From contig CAZVQU010000001.1 in NCBI GenBank assembly GCA_964629655.1, positions 612,056 through 676,055 on the forward strand: a DNA stretch of 64,000 nt, read 5' to 3'. Position numbers and translations under genes: made by a program. Numbering within the stretch: position 1 is the first letter of the stretch; every line of letters begins with the position of its first letter. The notes under the pieces are model-generated. The model did not search any database. It worked only from the letters and a program-made list of their open reading frames with translations, and had not been told where the DNA came from. This stretch comes from an uncultured Planctomycetia bacterium (lineage in GTDB: Bacteria > Omnitrophota > Gorgyraeia > Duberdicusellales > 4484-171). This document shows positions 17,516 to 27,069 of this stretch, in pieces.

Positions 17516-18528
17516 GAGTAGCTAAAACAATTTTTATCTTGACCTTTATTTTAAGCCTAACAGTTCTACATAACGAAATAAAAGCAGGCTCTCTTTACAA
17601 GGAAATAAATATTATTGGTGGTTATTCCGATCTCAACAAATCGGTTGGTAAGGATAATAGGTCATTAAAGAATTCAATTGGCTTTGAGTATTATGATAAG
17701 TTTTCTGACCAATACGGAGATTATTTAACTGCCGATCTTCAAGTGAGATTAGCTTATGATTCTTTAAAGAATTCCAATGATGCCTGGGCTCTTGAGGTTC
17801 ACAATGCTTTTCTAGATTACAAATTAGGCTTAGGTAAGGCTTTACGTGTAGGGCATTTTGATCCCTCATTTGGGCTTGAACCGGTTCTGGATACGCACGG
17901 TACTTTATTCCAGACCTTAGCTCGCAAGAACATTGGTTTTAAAAAAGATTGGGGCACTGGCATAAGAGGTATTCTTGGTGAGTTTGACTATGAACTTTCT
18001 GCTCAAATTGGCTCGGGGATGGGTATTGAGAGAAAAGACGGAAGTTTTTTGCTCAGTAGCAGGCTCGGGACAGCCCAGGATAGAGATTTTCAATACGGGA
18101 TATCTTTGCTCTATGGTGAAGTGCTTGCCAGTAACGAAACAAAGACTATTCCGGCCCCGGAGCTTATCTCAAACCAGGCTATTCTTAAGAAGAGGATAGG
18201 TTTAGATGGCCAATATTCATCCGGCCCTTATCTACTAAAGGGAGAGTTAGTTTATGGCCAGGATTCCAACGATGATATTCTGGGATCGCTCCTTGAGGTT
18301 GATTACGTTCCTCGGTCTATTCAAGAGTTAGAATTTAAACTGCAAGGTCAGTTTTTCTCAAAAGATTTAGGAAATTCTAATCTTCAAGATATAATTGTTG
18401 GCGCTGGATTGGGCTACAAGCTTAATTCTGACCTTACTCTACGGTTAGCTTATTTTCATGATTTTCGCTCATCAAGCGTAGATAAGGATAGGCAGGTGCT
18501 TTTGCAAGTATACTATTATGGGCTTTAA
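17512..18528 (+). CDS. Putative outer-membrane beta-barrel protein (porin-like)
   Basis: Signal peptide, alternating amphipathic beta-strand pattern with many Y/G/D/N, and a C-terminal aromatic end ...VYYYGL. It overlaps the csoR stop by 4 nt. Confidence 0.45.
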   Translation: MRVAKTIFILTFILSLTVLHNEIKAGSLYKEINIIGGYSDLNKSVGKDNRSLKNSIGFEYYDKFSDQYGDYLTADLQVRLAYDSLKNSNDAWALEVHNAFLDYKLGLGKALRVGHFDPSFGLEPVLDTHGTLFQTLARKNIGFKKDWGTGIRGILGEFDYELSAQIGSGMGIERKDGSFLLSSRLGTAQDRDFQYGISLLYGEVLASNETKTIPAPELISNQAILKKRIGLDGQYSSGPYLLKGELVYGQDSNDDILGSLLEVDYVPRSIQELEFKLQGQFFSKDLGNSNLQDIIVGAGLGYKLNSDLTLRLAYFHDFRSSSVDKDRQVLLQVYYYGL

Positions 18529-18529
18529 G

Positions 18530-19213
18530 ATGAGAAAATTTATTTTAAGTTTAATGCTGTGTTTTTTATCAACTTTTGCTTACTCTGATGATGCGTCTGC
18601 AGCAGTTGGCTGTACCTTAAACGACCCGGATCGTGATGTAATCCGTATTTTCCCAGAATCTACCGGTTATCGAACTGATTTTATAAGCATAAAGGAGAAG
18701 GGTGGGGAGATTTTAGCAGAAGAAATAGAAAAGAAGCTCGGCGATAAACTAGATTCTGCTTATGAGTCTTTAGATGTGCCTTATTCTTACTATACCATTC
18801 TTAAAGGCATGGAGGTCATTGGCTACATTCATGGTGTTAACCAGAAAGGAACTTTTGGAGGAATACAGATTATCTTAGCCAGTGATTTAGAGGGTAAGAT
18901 AATAAATCTTTATTATCAGAAGATATCTTCTCCTGAGGCCAGTAAATTTAGAAACAAAAGATTTGTTGACCAGTTCACAGGACTAACACTGGCAGATTTC
19001 TATCGTCATGATGCTTTAGGGGGTAACGAATATTCTTATGACAAAATAGCAGAAATCAAAGATCCAAGCGAAAACAGCAATCAAGATTTTAAAGCCACCT
19101 TAAGAGGCATAAAGAAGAATTTAATCTTACTTGATGAGTTTATATTAAATAGTAAGTATGATCAGGATTATAACAAGATTAATAAAGGAGGTAATAATGA
19201 GAGTGATGATTAG
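18530..19213 (+). CDS. Secreted protein with an FMN-binding-like domain (similar to the NosR/RnfG/NqrC periplasmic domain). The flavinylation motif is not evident.
   Basis: Signal peptide MRKFILSLMLCFLSTFAYS. The core GVNQKGTFGGIQIILASDLEGKIINLYY...FVDQFTG fits an FMN_bind domain. The track start at 18518 precedes the porin stop. Confidence 0.4.
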   Translation: MRKFILSLMLCFLSTFAYSDDASAAVGCTLNDPDRDVIRIFPESTGYRTDFISIKEKGGEILAEEIEKKLGDKLDSAYESLDVPYSYYTILKGMEVIGYIHGVNQKGTFGGIQIILASDLEGKIINLYYQKISSPEASKFRNKRFVDQFTGLTLADFYRHDALGGNEYSYDKIAEIKDPSENSNQDFKATLRGIKKNLILLDEFILNSKYDQDYNKINKGGNNESDD

Positions 19214-19568
19214 CATTTCAGTATGTCTATTGATTATTTTCACCGGAGCATTAATAAGTGGGTGTGGCCGCTTAGAAGAGTATGGAGAAAGAATCTCCAA
19301 TCAAGAAATCACAAAAATTAGTGATATTCTCAAGAAACCAAAGAGTTATGACCAGAAAACACTTATTATTGAGGGCAAGATCATGGTTGAATGTCCTGCT
19401 GGCTGTTGGTTTACTTTAAGAGATGACTCAGGAGTTATCTATGTTGACCTTGGGCCTTCAGGGTTTGCCATAGCTCAGCATACAGGAGATGAGGTTTTAG
19501 TCGTTGGAGAGATTGTAGATAAGAAACCAAATCCAATAATGATCGGAAAAGGGGTGAAGATAAAATGA
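19197..19568 (+). CDS. Small lipoprotein, OB-fold-like, with a CxxGC motif
   Basis: AGGAGG RBS, then an ATG at 19197. There is a lipobox LISGC. The motif ECPAGCWF is followed by beta-rich sequence. The track start at 19158 is upstream of the RBS. Confidence 0.45.
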   Translation: MRVMISISVCLLIIFTGALISGCGRLEEYGERISNQEITKISDILKKPKSYDQKTLIIEGKIMVECPAGCWFTLRDDSGVIYVDLGPSGFAIAQHTGDEVLVVGEIVDKKPNPIMIGKGVKIK

Positions 19569-20749
19569 AATTAGCAATATTAGCCTTTAAGAATCTCAAA
19601 AGAAAAAAGATTCGTTCTTTCCTGACCATAGGAGGAGTTGCTATTGCTGTGGCGGTGTTAGTGAGCCTGATGGGTTTCAATCTTGGCTATCAAAAAGCTC
19701 TAGGCAGTGATATTGATAAGATGGGATATCAGCTCTTAGTTACTGCCAAAGGGTGTCCTTATGAGGCTGCAACGTTAATGTTAAAGGGCGGCGGCGGGTT
19801 ACGCTACATGGAAGAGGATGTATACAATAAGATTGTCCAAGATAGCCGTATAGACAAAGTCACTCCTCAATTAATATACACTGTCTTTGATCCTCAAAGA
19901 AGCGAAGGCCAAGGTGGCTTTGCGATGTACATGGGGATTTTAGATTCTTATCTGGAGTTAAAACCTTGGACTAAATTTAAGAGTGGCCGATGGTTTTCTG
20001 GTGAGGATGTTGAAGAGGTTGTTATGGGCTATGAGGCTGCCGAGGTTGAACAACGTTTGGTTGGTGATAAAATTTTCATTCCAGGCATTGATAGAGTTCT
20101 TAAAGTCGTAGGTATATTTGATAGAACCGGCACCCAAGATGACGGAGTGATATTTTTACCTCTAGCAACTTCACAAAGGATATTTAACCTTCCTGCTAAA
20201 TTAACTGGAATTGGCATAAAGTTAAAAGACATAAGAAAATTAGCAGAGTTTGAAGAAGATTTGTATGATGAGCCAGGCATCCAGGTAATCAGCATGGCTC
20301 AAGTAAGGGGAACAATTCTTAATCTCATATCTTCGGCAAAGATTTTAGTAAACTCAGTAGCGGTAATAGCTATTTTTATAGCAATAATCGGAGTAATAAA
20401 TACTATCCTAATGTCTGTATTTGAGCGAACTCAAGAAATTGGCGTAATGAAAGCTATTGGTGCTTCCAAGCTAGATATTTTTCAAATTATCTGGATCGAA
20501 ACAACTCTTATTTGTGTCTTAGGCGGGGTTGCCGGCAGCCTCGTAGCTATTTTAGGCGGAAACGTAATTGAGCACATATTAAAACAAATCTTGCCTTATG
20601 CTCCTAGTGGGAAGTTAGTGCTTATTACTCCAAATCTTCTCCTAGCCTCATTCCTCGGGGCTATTATTTTGGGATTGATCTCAGGGATTTACCCGGCAGC
20701 TCGGGCAGCATCAATGAGACCGATTGAGGCAATCAGGCGCGGAGGATAA
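19565..20749 (+). CDS. ABC transporter permease of the FtsX/MacB/LolCE family
   Basis: TM1, then a periplasmic domain of about 220 aa, then three C-terminal TM helices with the conserved FtsX region (LMSVFERTQEIGVMKAIGAS). Confidence 0.8.
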   Translation: MKLAILAFKNLKRKKIRSFLTIGGVAIAVAVLVSLMGFNLGYQKALGSDIDKMGYQLLVTAKGCPYEAATLMLKGGGGLRYMEEDVYNKIVQDSRIDKVTPQLIYTVFDPQRSEGQGGFAMYMGILDSYLELKPWTKFKSGRWFSGEDVEEVVMGYEAAEVEQRLVGDKIFIPGIDRVLKVVGIFDRTGTQDDGVIFLPLATSQRIFNLPAKLTGIGIKLKDIRKLAEFEEDLYDEPGIQVISMAQVRGTILNLISSAKILVNSVAVIAIFIAIIGVINTILMSVFERTQEIGVMKAIGASKLDIFQIIWIETTLICVLGGVAGSLVAILGGNVIEHILKQILPYAPSGKLVLITPNLLLASFLGAIILGLISGIYPAARAASMRPIEAIRRGG

Positions 20750-20752
20750 AAT

Positions 20753-21445
20753 ATGAGTGAGTGTATAGTAAGAGGGAAAAAACTAAAAAAAATATATAGG
20801 CTTCCAGCTGAGGACATTGTTGCCTTGAAAGGAATAGACTTTGAAATCCAAAAGGGTGAGTTTGTGGCTGTTATTGGTCCTTCTGGTGCTGGCAAAACTA
20901 CGCTTCTTAATCTCATCGGGTGCTTAGACGGAGTCTCTTCAGGTAATTTAGAGGTCTTAGGATATGATTTATCTAAAGCCAAAGAGAAACATTTGCCTAA
21001 AATACGGAGGAAGAATATCGGGTTTATATTCCAGGAATTCTATTTAATTCCTTCTTTAACTGCTTTGGAGAACGTAGAGCTTTCTTTGCATTTTTCTAGG
21101 CTACCTAAAGAGAACGGCAGAGCAACAGAGATTTTGAAAAGTGTCGGATTGGGAAAACGAATTAACCATTTTCCTAGAGAGCTTTCCGGAGGCGAGATGC
21201 AAAGAGTTGCGATTGCCAGAGCTTTAATTACTTCTCCAGAGATACTTTTAGCTGATGAACCCACAGGAAATTTAGATACTAGAAACACTCAAGGAATTTT
21301 TAGCCTTTTCAGAGAGCTAAATCAAACTGAGGGCATAACTATAGTAGTAGCAACCCATAATATTAAGTTTGGTTATCAATCCGATAAGGTTATCCATTTA
21401 GTTGATGGTAATATTGACAGAGAAGAGAGGATAAAGCATGGATAA
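20753..21445 (+). CDS. ABC transporter ATP-binding protein (MacB/LolD type)
   Basis: Walker A GPSGAGKTT, signature LSGGEMQRV, Walker B LLADEPTG, H-loop ATHN. Confidence 0.85.
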   Translation: MSECIVRGKKLKKIYRLPAEDIVALKGIDFEIQKGEFVAVIGPSGAGKTTLLNLIGCLDGVSSGNLEVLGYDLSKAKEKHLPKIRRKNIGFIFQEFYLIPSLTALENVELSLHFSRLPKENGRATEILKSVGLGKRINHFPRELSGGEMQRVAIARALITSPEILLADEPTGNLDTRNTQGIFSLFRELNQTEGITIVVATHNIKFGYQSDKVIHLVDGNIDREERIKHG

Positions 21446-22130
21446 AGCTATTGAGGCTATCAATTTAAAGAAATACTACACTCGGGGTTCAGAACTGGTT
21501 AAGGCTCTTGATGGAGTTAACATTGCCATAAGAAAAGGTGAAATTATCTCGATAGTCGGGCCGTCTGGCTCAGGTAAGACGACTTTACTTAATTTGGTCA
21601 GCTGTCTGGATCTGCCAACTGACGGAAATATAAAGATAAACGGAGAGGATATTACTAAATTTAAAGAGTCGCAGCTAATTGAAATCAGGCGAAAAAACTT
21701 AGGCTTTATTTTTCAACAGTTCCATCTTATACTTACCTTAACAGTTAGAGAGAACGTAGAGTTACCGTTAATTTTTGCTAAGAAAAATATAAATGCAAAG
21801 AAGATTTCTCAAACCTTAGAAAGAGTCGGGTTAAAAGGGAAAGAAAACCTCAGAGTTGATACCTTAAATGGAGGGGACAAGCAGAGAGTAGCTATTGCCC
21901 GTGCCCTTGTGAATGATCCCAAGATCCTTATTGCCGATGAGCCTACTGGAGAGCTGGAGACAGAAGTCCGCAACTCTATTTTAGATCTTTTTAGAAAGTT
22001 AGCCCAGTCAGGTTTAGCGATTGTTGTTGCGACTCATGATCTAGAGCTTGCTGAGGCCGCGGAGAGAATAATCTATCTTCAGGATGGTAAAATAGTATCA
22101 AAGTCTGAATCAAGCCTGTACTTTAGTTAA
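21438..22130 (+). CDS. Second ABC transporter ATP-binding protein, with a variant signature motif
   Basis: Walker A GPSGSGKTT, signature LNGGDKQRV (Ser to Asn), Walker B ILIADEPTGELE. It overlaps the upstream ATPase by 8 nt. Confidence 0.8.
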   Translation: MDKAIEAINLKKYYTRGSELVKALDGVNIAIRKGEIISIVGPSGSGKTTLLNLVSCLDLPTDGNIKINGEDITKFKESQLIEIRRKNLGFIFQQFHLILTLTVRENVELPLIFAKKNINAKKISQTLERVGLKGKENLRVDTLNGGDKQRVAIARALVNDPKILIADEPTGELETEVRNSILDLFRKLAQSGLAIVVATHDLELAEAAERIIYLQDGKIVSKSESSLYFS

Positions 22131-22138
22131 AGGAGAAA

Positions 22139-23113
22139 ATGAAAAGAGCAGAGAGAGACGCAGATTGTATAATCCTCAAGGAATTAAAGGATAATGATGG
22201 TTATACTTCCGGAGAAGAGTTAGCCAACAAGCTAAAGATTAGCCGTCAGGCTTTATGGAAGCATATTGGCAAGCTTACTGATAAAGGTTATGACATTGTA
22301 GCCATTCCTCATCTAGGGTATAAGCTTATTTCCTGTCCTGATAAATTTTATCCTTGGGAAATTCAATATAATTTAAACACTCATTTTATCGGCAAAGAGA
22401 TTCACCATCAGGAGATAATAGATTCTACTCAAGATTTCACTTGGCAATTAGGGTTGAAAGGGGCAGCAGAGGGCACAGTAGTATTTGCCGAGACCCAGAA
22501 AAAGGGGAGAGGTCGTATCCAGAGGCAGTGGATTTCTCCGCGAGGAGGAATTTATTTCTCACTACTCCTAAAGCCTTACTTTCTTTCTATCCAGGAGGTT
22601 CCTCAAATCACTCTCCTTATTGCTTTAGGTTGTCTGCGCGGTATAAAAAAAGCAACCGGTGTAGAGTGTTCAGTGAAATGGCCTAATGATATTTATCTTA
22701 AAGGAAAAAAGTTAGGCGGAATACTTTGTGAAATGAATGCTGAGGCTGATAGAATTCATTTTGTAGTAGCAGGCCTAGGTATTAATATTAACTCTAAAGA
22801 CCTGCCTCTTCAGGCCACTTCCTTATTCCTAAATTTAAAGAAGAAAGTGTCACGGGTAGAGATTGCTAAAAGAATACTTGAAGAAATAGAAGTTTGCTAT
22901 CGACAGGCCCAAGGTGAAGGATTTTCTAATTTGCTTAAAGAATGGAGTCGATTTTGTTCTCTCTGGGGCAAACGGATAAAAGTAAAGGTTTTTAACAAAC
23001 GGATAGAGGGTGAAGCTGCCGGAATAGATGAGAAAGGATATCTACTCCTGCGTAAAGACAATGGCCTGGTAGAGAAAGTTTCTGCCGGCGACGTTACAAA
23101 ACTTGCTCTCTGA
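22139..23113 (+). CDS. birA: Bifunctional biotin-[acetyl-CoA-carboxylase] ligase / biotin operon repressor
   Basis: N-terminal HTH (SGEELANKLKISRQALWKHI), a BPL catalytic domain with the GRGRxxxxW-like motif KKGRGRIQRQW, and a C-terminal SH3-like tail. Confidence 0.8.
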   Translation: MKRAERDADCIILKELKDNDGYTSGEELANKLKISRQALWKHIGKLTDKGYDIVAIPHLGYKLISCPDKFYPWEIQYNLNTHFIGKEIHHQEIIDSTQDFTWQLGLKGAAEGTVVFAETQKKGRGRIQRQWISPRGGIYFSLLLKPYFLSIQEVPQITLLIALGCLRGIKKATGVECSVKWPNDIYLKGKKLGGILCEMNAEADRIHFVVAGLGININSKDLPLQATSLFLNLKKKVSRVEIAKRILEEIEVCYRQAQGEGFSNLLKEWSRFCSLWGKRIKVKVFNKRIEGEAAGIDEKGYLLLRKDNGLVEKVSAGDVTKLAL

Positions 23114-23152
23114 AATTCCTAGCTCGGGAAGGTTGAGTTTTAAGGAGATTTA

Positions 23153-23590
23153 GTGAAAAAAGCAATAAGCTGCGTTATCGTACTTTTCATATTGTTTGGT
23201 GGATCGCAAGCATTTAGCGAATCAGGACCAAGAATTAAACTTAGTGAAGAATATTGGGATTTCGGCCAATTAAAAGAGCCAGAGATAGCTGAGAAAGTAT
23301 TTTTGGTAGAAAATACCGGGGATCGGGATTTGGTAATCAAGACTATTCTTACGACTTGCGGGTGCGTTACTACAGAAATTTCTTCAAACAACATTGGCCC
23401 TCAAAGCAGTGAAGAGTTAAAGGCGATTTACAATACAAAAGGGAAATCTTTTGGCAGGGACAGTAAGGATATTTATGTTGTTTCTAATGATTTATTCAAT
23501 CCCAGGATGAGAATCACGATTGAGGCAACGATTATATCGGACGAGGATTACTCTAGGCAAGATTTGTTAGAAAAAGGAGGAAGAAAATGA
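23153..23590 (+). CDS. Secreted DUF1573-domain protein
   Basis: GTG start after AAGGAG, and a signal peptide. The DUF1573 motif is VENTGDRDLVIKTILTTCGCVT. Confidence 0.5.
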   Translation: MKKAISCVIVLFILFGGSQAFSESGPRIKLSEEYWDFGQLKEPEIAEKVFLVENTGDRDLVIKTILTTCGCVTTEISSNNIGPQSSEELKAIYNTKGKSFGRDSKDIYVVSNDLFNPRMRITIEATIISDEDYSRQDLLEKGGRK

Positions 23591-24273
23591 TTAGGGCGGT
23601 AAAAATTATTATTATTTCACTTATTGTATTTTCTAATAGCATTGCTTTTGCTGATATTAAAGAAGATATTTATTCGAAATTAAAATGCTGCAGTTGCCCC
23701 AAGCTATTTGCATCTTGTTCTTGTAGGCACTCTAAAGAGATAAAAGCATATATCGATACTTTTCCGGAGAAAGCCTTAAGCCAAGAAGAGATCCTCGTAA
23801 AAATAGCAAAGAAATTTGGCTTAGATACCATCGTTGACCCGGAATCAAGAAAGCTAGTTGAGAAAGAATTGATAGCTGAGGTTGGGGAAAAACGACCAGA
23901 GATCTTCATCGATCCTACCCGATACAACTTAGGAGAAGTTAGTAAAGCCAGTGGGGAATTAAGGGTCGAGGTAAAATTACAAAATAAGGGTAGGAGGAAA
24001 TTGAAGATAACCGATTTAAAGCCATCGTGCCCTTGCACTACGGTTAAATTGAAAAAAAAGAAATACATCAGCCCTGCTTTTGGGACCAAAGGCGCAAAAC
24101 CAGGCTGGGCGGTAAGCATAAGACCCAAAGAAGTAGGAGAGCTGATTATAATTGTCGACCTCAATCATGCCAGTATCGATTTGGGAGGGATGCTAAGAAC
24201 GATTGAGGTTAAAAGTAATGACCCCTTGAAACCCTCAATTAAGATAGAATTAGAAGCTCAAATAATAGAGTAA
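23587..24273 (+). CDS. Secreted protein with an N-terminal Cys-rich stretch and a C-terminal DUF1573 domain
   Basis: Signal peptide, then CCSCPKLFASCSCRH, later LQNKGRRKLKITDLKPSCPCTT. The RBS is AAAGGAGG. Confidence 0.5.
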   Translation: MIRAVKIIIISLIVFSNSIAFADIKEDIYSKLKCCSCPKLFASCSCRHSKEIKAYIDTFPEKALSQEEILVKIAKKFGLDTIVDPESRKLVEKELIAEVGEKRPEIFIDPTRYNLGEVSKASGELRVEVKLQNKGRRKLKITDLKPSCPCTTVKLKKKKYISPAFGTKGAKPGWAVSIRPKEVGELIIIVDLNHASIDLGGMLRTIEVKSNDPLKPSIKIELEAQIIE

Positions 24274-24325
24274 CCATTAGAGCAATCTAAAAGCCTGCAT
24301 GTGAGTTGAATCTTTCCTTTTGAAA

Positions 24326-24357
24326 TTGTAAACCTTTAGTGTTAAAATGGGTGACAA
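24326..24357. promoter_or_regulatory. Candidate BirA operator (bioO): TTGTAAACC half-site with a degenerate partner GGTGACAA
   Basis: TTGTAAACC at 24326-24334 equals the left half-site of E. coli bioO. About 15 nt downstream, GGTGACAA approximates GGTTTACAA. It sits directly at the bioB start. Confidence 0.35.
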
Positions 24358-25265
24358 TGGAGATAAAATCTTTATTAAACCTACCAATACCGGAGTTACT
24401 CTCTTTAGCCAATAAGACTCGAAAAGACTATTTAGGCTCTAAGCTAGAATTATGTAGCATTATAAATGCTAAATCCGGTTATTGTAACCAAGATTGTAAG
24501 TTCTGTGCTCAGTCAACTCATCACTCCGCTGATATAGCTACCTATCCTTTAAAAAGAAAAGAAGAAATTCTAAAGGCTGCCAGGAAGGCAAAGGATATTG
24601 GAGCTGAGAAGTTTGGTATTGTAACCAGTGGAAACTGTTTAGAGGCTAAAGAGCTAGAGGAAATAATTTTAGCAATTTCCGAGATAAAAAAAGAAATCGG
24701 TATTATTGTCTGCGCTTCTCTAGGAGCCTTAAAGGAGGATGAGCTAAAGAGATTAAGAGAAGCCGGCCTCACCCGTTATCATCATAATATTGAAACCTCG
24801 CCACGATTTTACAAACAAATTGTTTCAACTCATGATTTTAGTCAGAGAATCGACACAGTAAGAGCTGCCAAAGCAGCCGGCTTAGAGGTCTGTAGCGGCG
24901 GTATAATCGGTATCGGTGAGACTTGGCAAGATAGAATTGATATGGCTCATACTTTGAAAAGGCTAGATGTAGATTCAGTGCCGATAAACATTCTGGTTCC
25001 GATAAAAGGAACTTCCCTAGAGAATTTAAAGCCGATTTCCTGCAATGATGTTATTAGAACTTTATGTATTTTTAGAGTAATTTTAAAAGATAAACTTATA
25101 AAGATAGCAGCCGGAAGAGAGAGCGCTTTAGGAGATTTCCAAGGTCTAGGTTTTATGGCCGGAGCCAATGGAATGCTTATTGGAGGCTATTTAACTGTTA
25201 AGGGAAGGGAACTTGAAGCTGACTATAAGCTTATAGAAGAAGTAAAAAAATTATGGGACGAATAG
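24357..25265 (+). CDS. bioB: Biotin synthase
   Basis: Radical SAM YCNQDCKFC, plus downstream Cys for the [2Fe-2S] cluster. The ATG at 24357 (MEIKSLLN) is preferred over the track's GTG at 24339. Confidence 0.9.
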   Translation: MEIKSLLNLPIPELLSLANKTRKDYLGSKLELCSIINAKSGYCNQDCKFCAQSTHHSADIATYPLKRKEEILKAARKAKDIGAEKFGIVTSGNCLEAKELEEIILAISEIKKEIGIIVCASLGALKEDELKRLREAGLTRYHHNIETSPRFYKQIVSTHDFSQRIDTVRAAKAAGLEVCSGGIIGIGETWQDRIDMAHTLKRLDVDSVPINILVPIKGTSLENLKPISCNDVIRTLCIFRVILKDKLIKIAAGRESALGDFQGLGFMAGANGMLIGGYLTVKGRELEADYKLIEEVKKLWDE

Positions 25266-26413
25266 AAGAATTCTTAAAGATAAGGAAACAAGATAATCTG
25301 TTAAGAGTCTTAAAGCCGGCGACTTCCCGGGGCCAGGGATTAAGGTCCTCAGATGGCAGAGAGTATATTGATTTATCTTCTAATGATTACTTAGGTTTTT
25401 CAACTGATCCTAAATTAAAGGCAGCTGCAAAATATTGGATAGATAAATTAGGCGTAGGCTCATCAGCTTCCAGGCTTTTAAGCGGAGATTCAGATATTTA
25501 CCACGAACTAGAAGAAAAAACAGCTCAATTTAAAGGTAAAGAAAGAGCCTTAATTTTTAACTCCGGTTATCAGGCTAATGTCGGTATAATTAGTGCTTTT
25601 TGTCACAGAGGCGATGTTATCTTTTCCGATAAGCTAAACCATGCCAGCATAATTGACGGAATAGTCTTGTCTCGGGCTAAACCTTTGCGTTTTTTACATA
25701 ATGACCTAAACCACCTAGAGCAATTATTAAAGGAGCAGAGACATAAGTTTAAGGAAGCATTGATAATAACCGAGAGCGTATTTAGTATGGATGGCGATAA
25801 GCCGGCATTAGGAGAATTAGTTAACTTGAGGAAAAAATACAATTGTAGATTAATCGTAGATGAGGCTCATGCTACCGGGATATTTGGTAAGAACGGAGCC
25901 GGTGTAGCTGAAGAAGAGGGAGTAGTTAAAGAAGTAGACTTAATAATGGGTACATTTAGCAAGGCTTTGGGAAGTTTTGGCGGTTATGTTGCTTGTTCAA
26001 AAGTTTTAGTTGATTACCTAATAAACACAGCTAGAAGTTTTATATACTCTACAGCTCTTCCACCTTCGGTAATTGCAACTAATTTAGCTAGCTTAGAATT
26101 AGTAGAAGAGGAACCGCAGCGCAGAAGAGGCCTTATTAGTAATGCTGATTATTTTCGCAAGAATTTAAAAGAAGCAGGATTTAAAGTAAAAGGGTCATCC
26201 CAGATAGTGCCGGTGATTGTCTCCGATAATCAGAGAGTAGTCAAGGCTAGCAAAGAGCTGCAGAGAAAAGGTTACTGGGCTCTCCCGATACGTCCACCGA
26301 CTGTGCCCCAAGGAGAATCTCGGTTAAGGTTTTCATTAACTCACCATCATTCAAGAGAAATATTAGGGAAACTAGTTAAAGACTTATGCAAAACCCGAGT
26401 TTTAAATATTTAG
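25253..26413 (+). CDS. bioF: 8-amino-7-oxononanoate synthase
   Basis: Class-II aminotransferase; the PLP-Lys region is GTFSKALGSFGG. Confidence 0.85.
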   Translation: MGRIEEFLKIRKQDNLLRVLKPATSRGQGLRSSDGREYIDLSSNDYLGFSTDPKLKAAAKYWIDKLGVGSSASRLLSGDSDIYHELEEKTAQFKGKERALIFNSGYQANVGIISAFCHRGDVIFSDKLNHASIIDGIVLSRAKPLRFLHNDLNHLEQLLKEQRHKFKEALIITESVFSMDGDKPALGELVNLRKKYNCRLIVDEAHATGIFGKNGAGVAEEEGVVKEVDLIMGTFSKALGSFGGYVACSKVLVDYLINTARSFIYSTALPPSVIATNLASLELVEEEPQRRRGLISNADYFRKNLKEAGFKVKGSSQIVPVIVSDNQRVVKASKELQRKGYWALPIRPPTVPQGESRLRFSLTHHHSREILGKLVKDLCKTRVLNI

Positions 26414-27069
26414 ACCGGGGCCAGAAGAAAACTATTCTGCTTATCCCGGGTTGGGCCACTGACTGCAGGATTTTTGATTCACTGAATCTGAAATTTAATT
26501 ATTTACTACCCCTTGATTTTTTCCCCCTTACCTTTGAGAATAGCGTTCTTAATACTTTGGAGGAGAAGGGGATAGAGAAGATTTCTCTATTAGGCTGGTC
26601 CTTAGGTGGATTCCTGGCAGCTGAGTTTGCCTCAAAGCATCCTAAGCTAGTCGAAGAGCTAGTCTTAGTAAGCATAAGGAAGAAGTATAAAAAGGAGGAT
26701 ATAGAGGAAATAGGAGAACTTCTTAAAAAGAGCAAGAAGGGTTATCTTTACAAGTTCTATGGGCAGTGTTTCTCGAAAAAGACAAGCTTAAGCTGGTTTA
26801 AGAAAAACTTACTTAAAAGTTATTGTGAGAGGTTCGATTTAGAATATTTACTCAAGACCTTAGATTATCTAGAGAAATCTTGGATAAATACTCAAGAGTT
26901 ATCCGGGATAGGAAGAATAAAGATTATCCACGGAGAGAATGATAAAATAGCGCCTGTTGATGAAGCTAGAGAAGTTAAGGAAGCTATAGCAGGTGCTGAG
27001 TTAATAACTATTAAAGATTGCGGCCATATTCCTTTTTTAGAAGAGGATTTAGGTAAGTATATATGGTAA
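26386..27069 (+). CDS. bioH: Alpha/beta-hydrolase, BioH-like pimeloyl-ACP methyl ester esterase
   Basis: Nucleophile elbow GWSLGG, and an Asp/His near the C-terminus (GENDK...CGHIPF). Its position between bioF and bioC supports the call. Confidence 0.6.
   Translation: MQNPSFKYLDRGQKKTILLIPGWATDCRIFDSLNLKFNYLLPLDFFPLTFENSVLNTLEEKGIEKISLLGWSLGGFLAAEFASKHPKLVEELVLVSIRKKYKKEDIEEIGELLKKSKKGYLYKFYGQCFSKKTSLSWFKKNLLKSYCERFDLEYLLKTLDYLEKSWINTQELSGIGRIKIIHGENDKIAPVDEAREVKEAIAGAELITIKDCGHIPFLEEDLGKYIW

Noticed and set aside
24339-24356. Track start (GTG 24339) for bioB
   Set aside because: It falls inside the BirA-box region and adds a non-conserved MLKWVT extension. The ATG at 24357 gives the usual BioB N-terminus.
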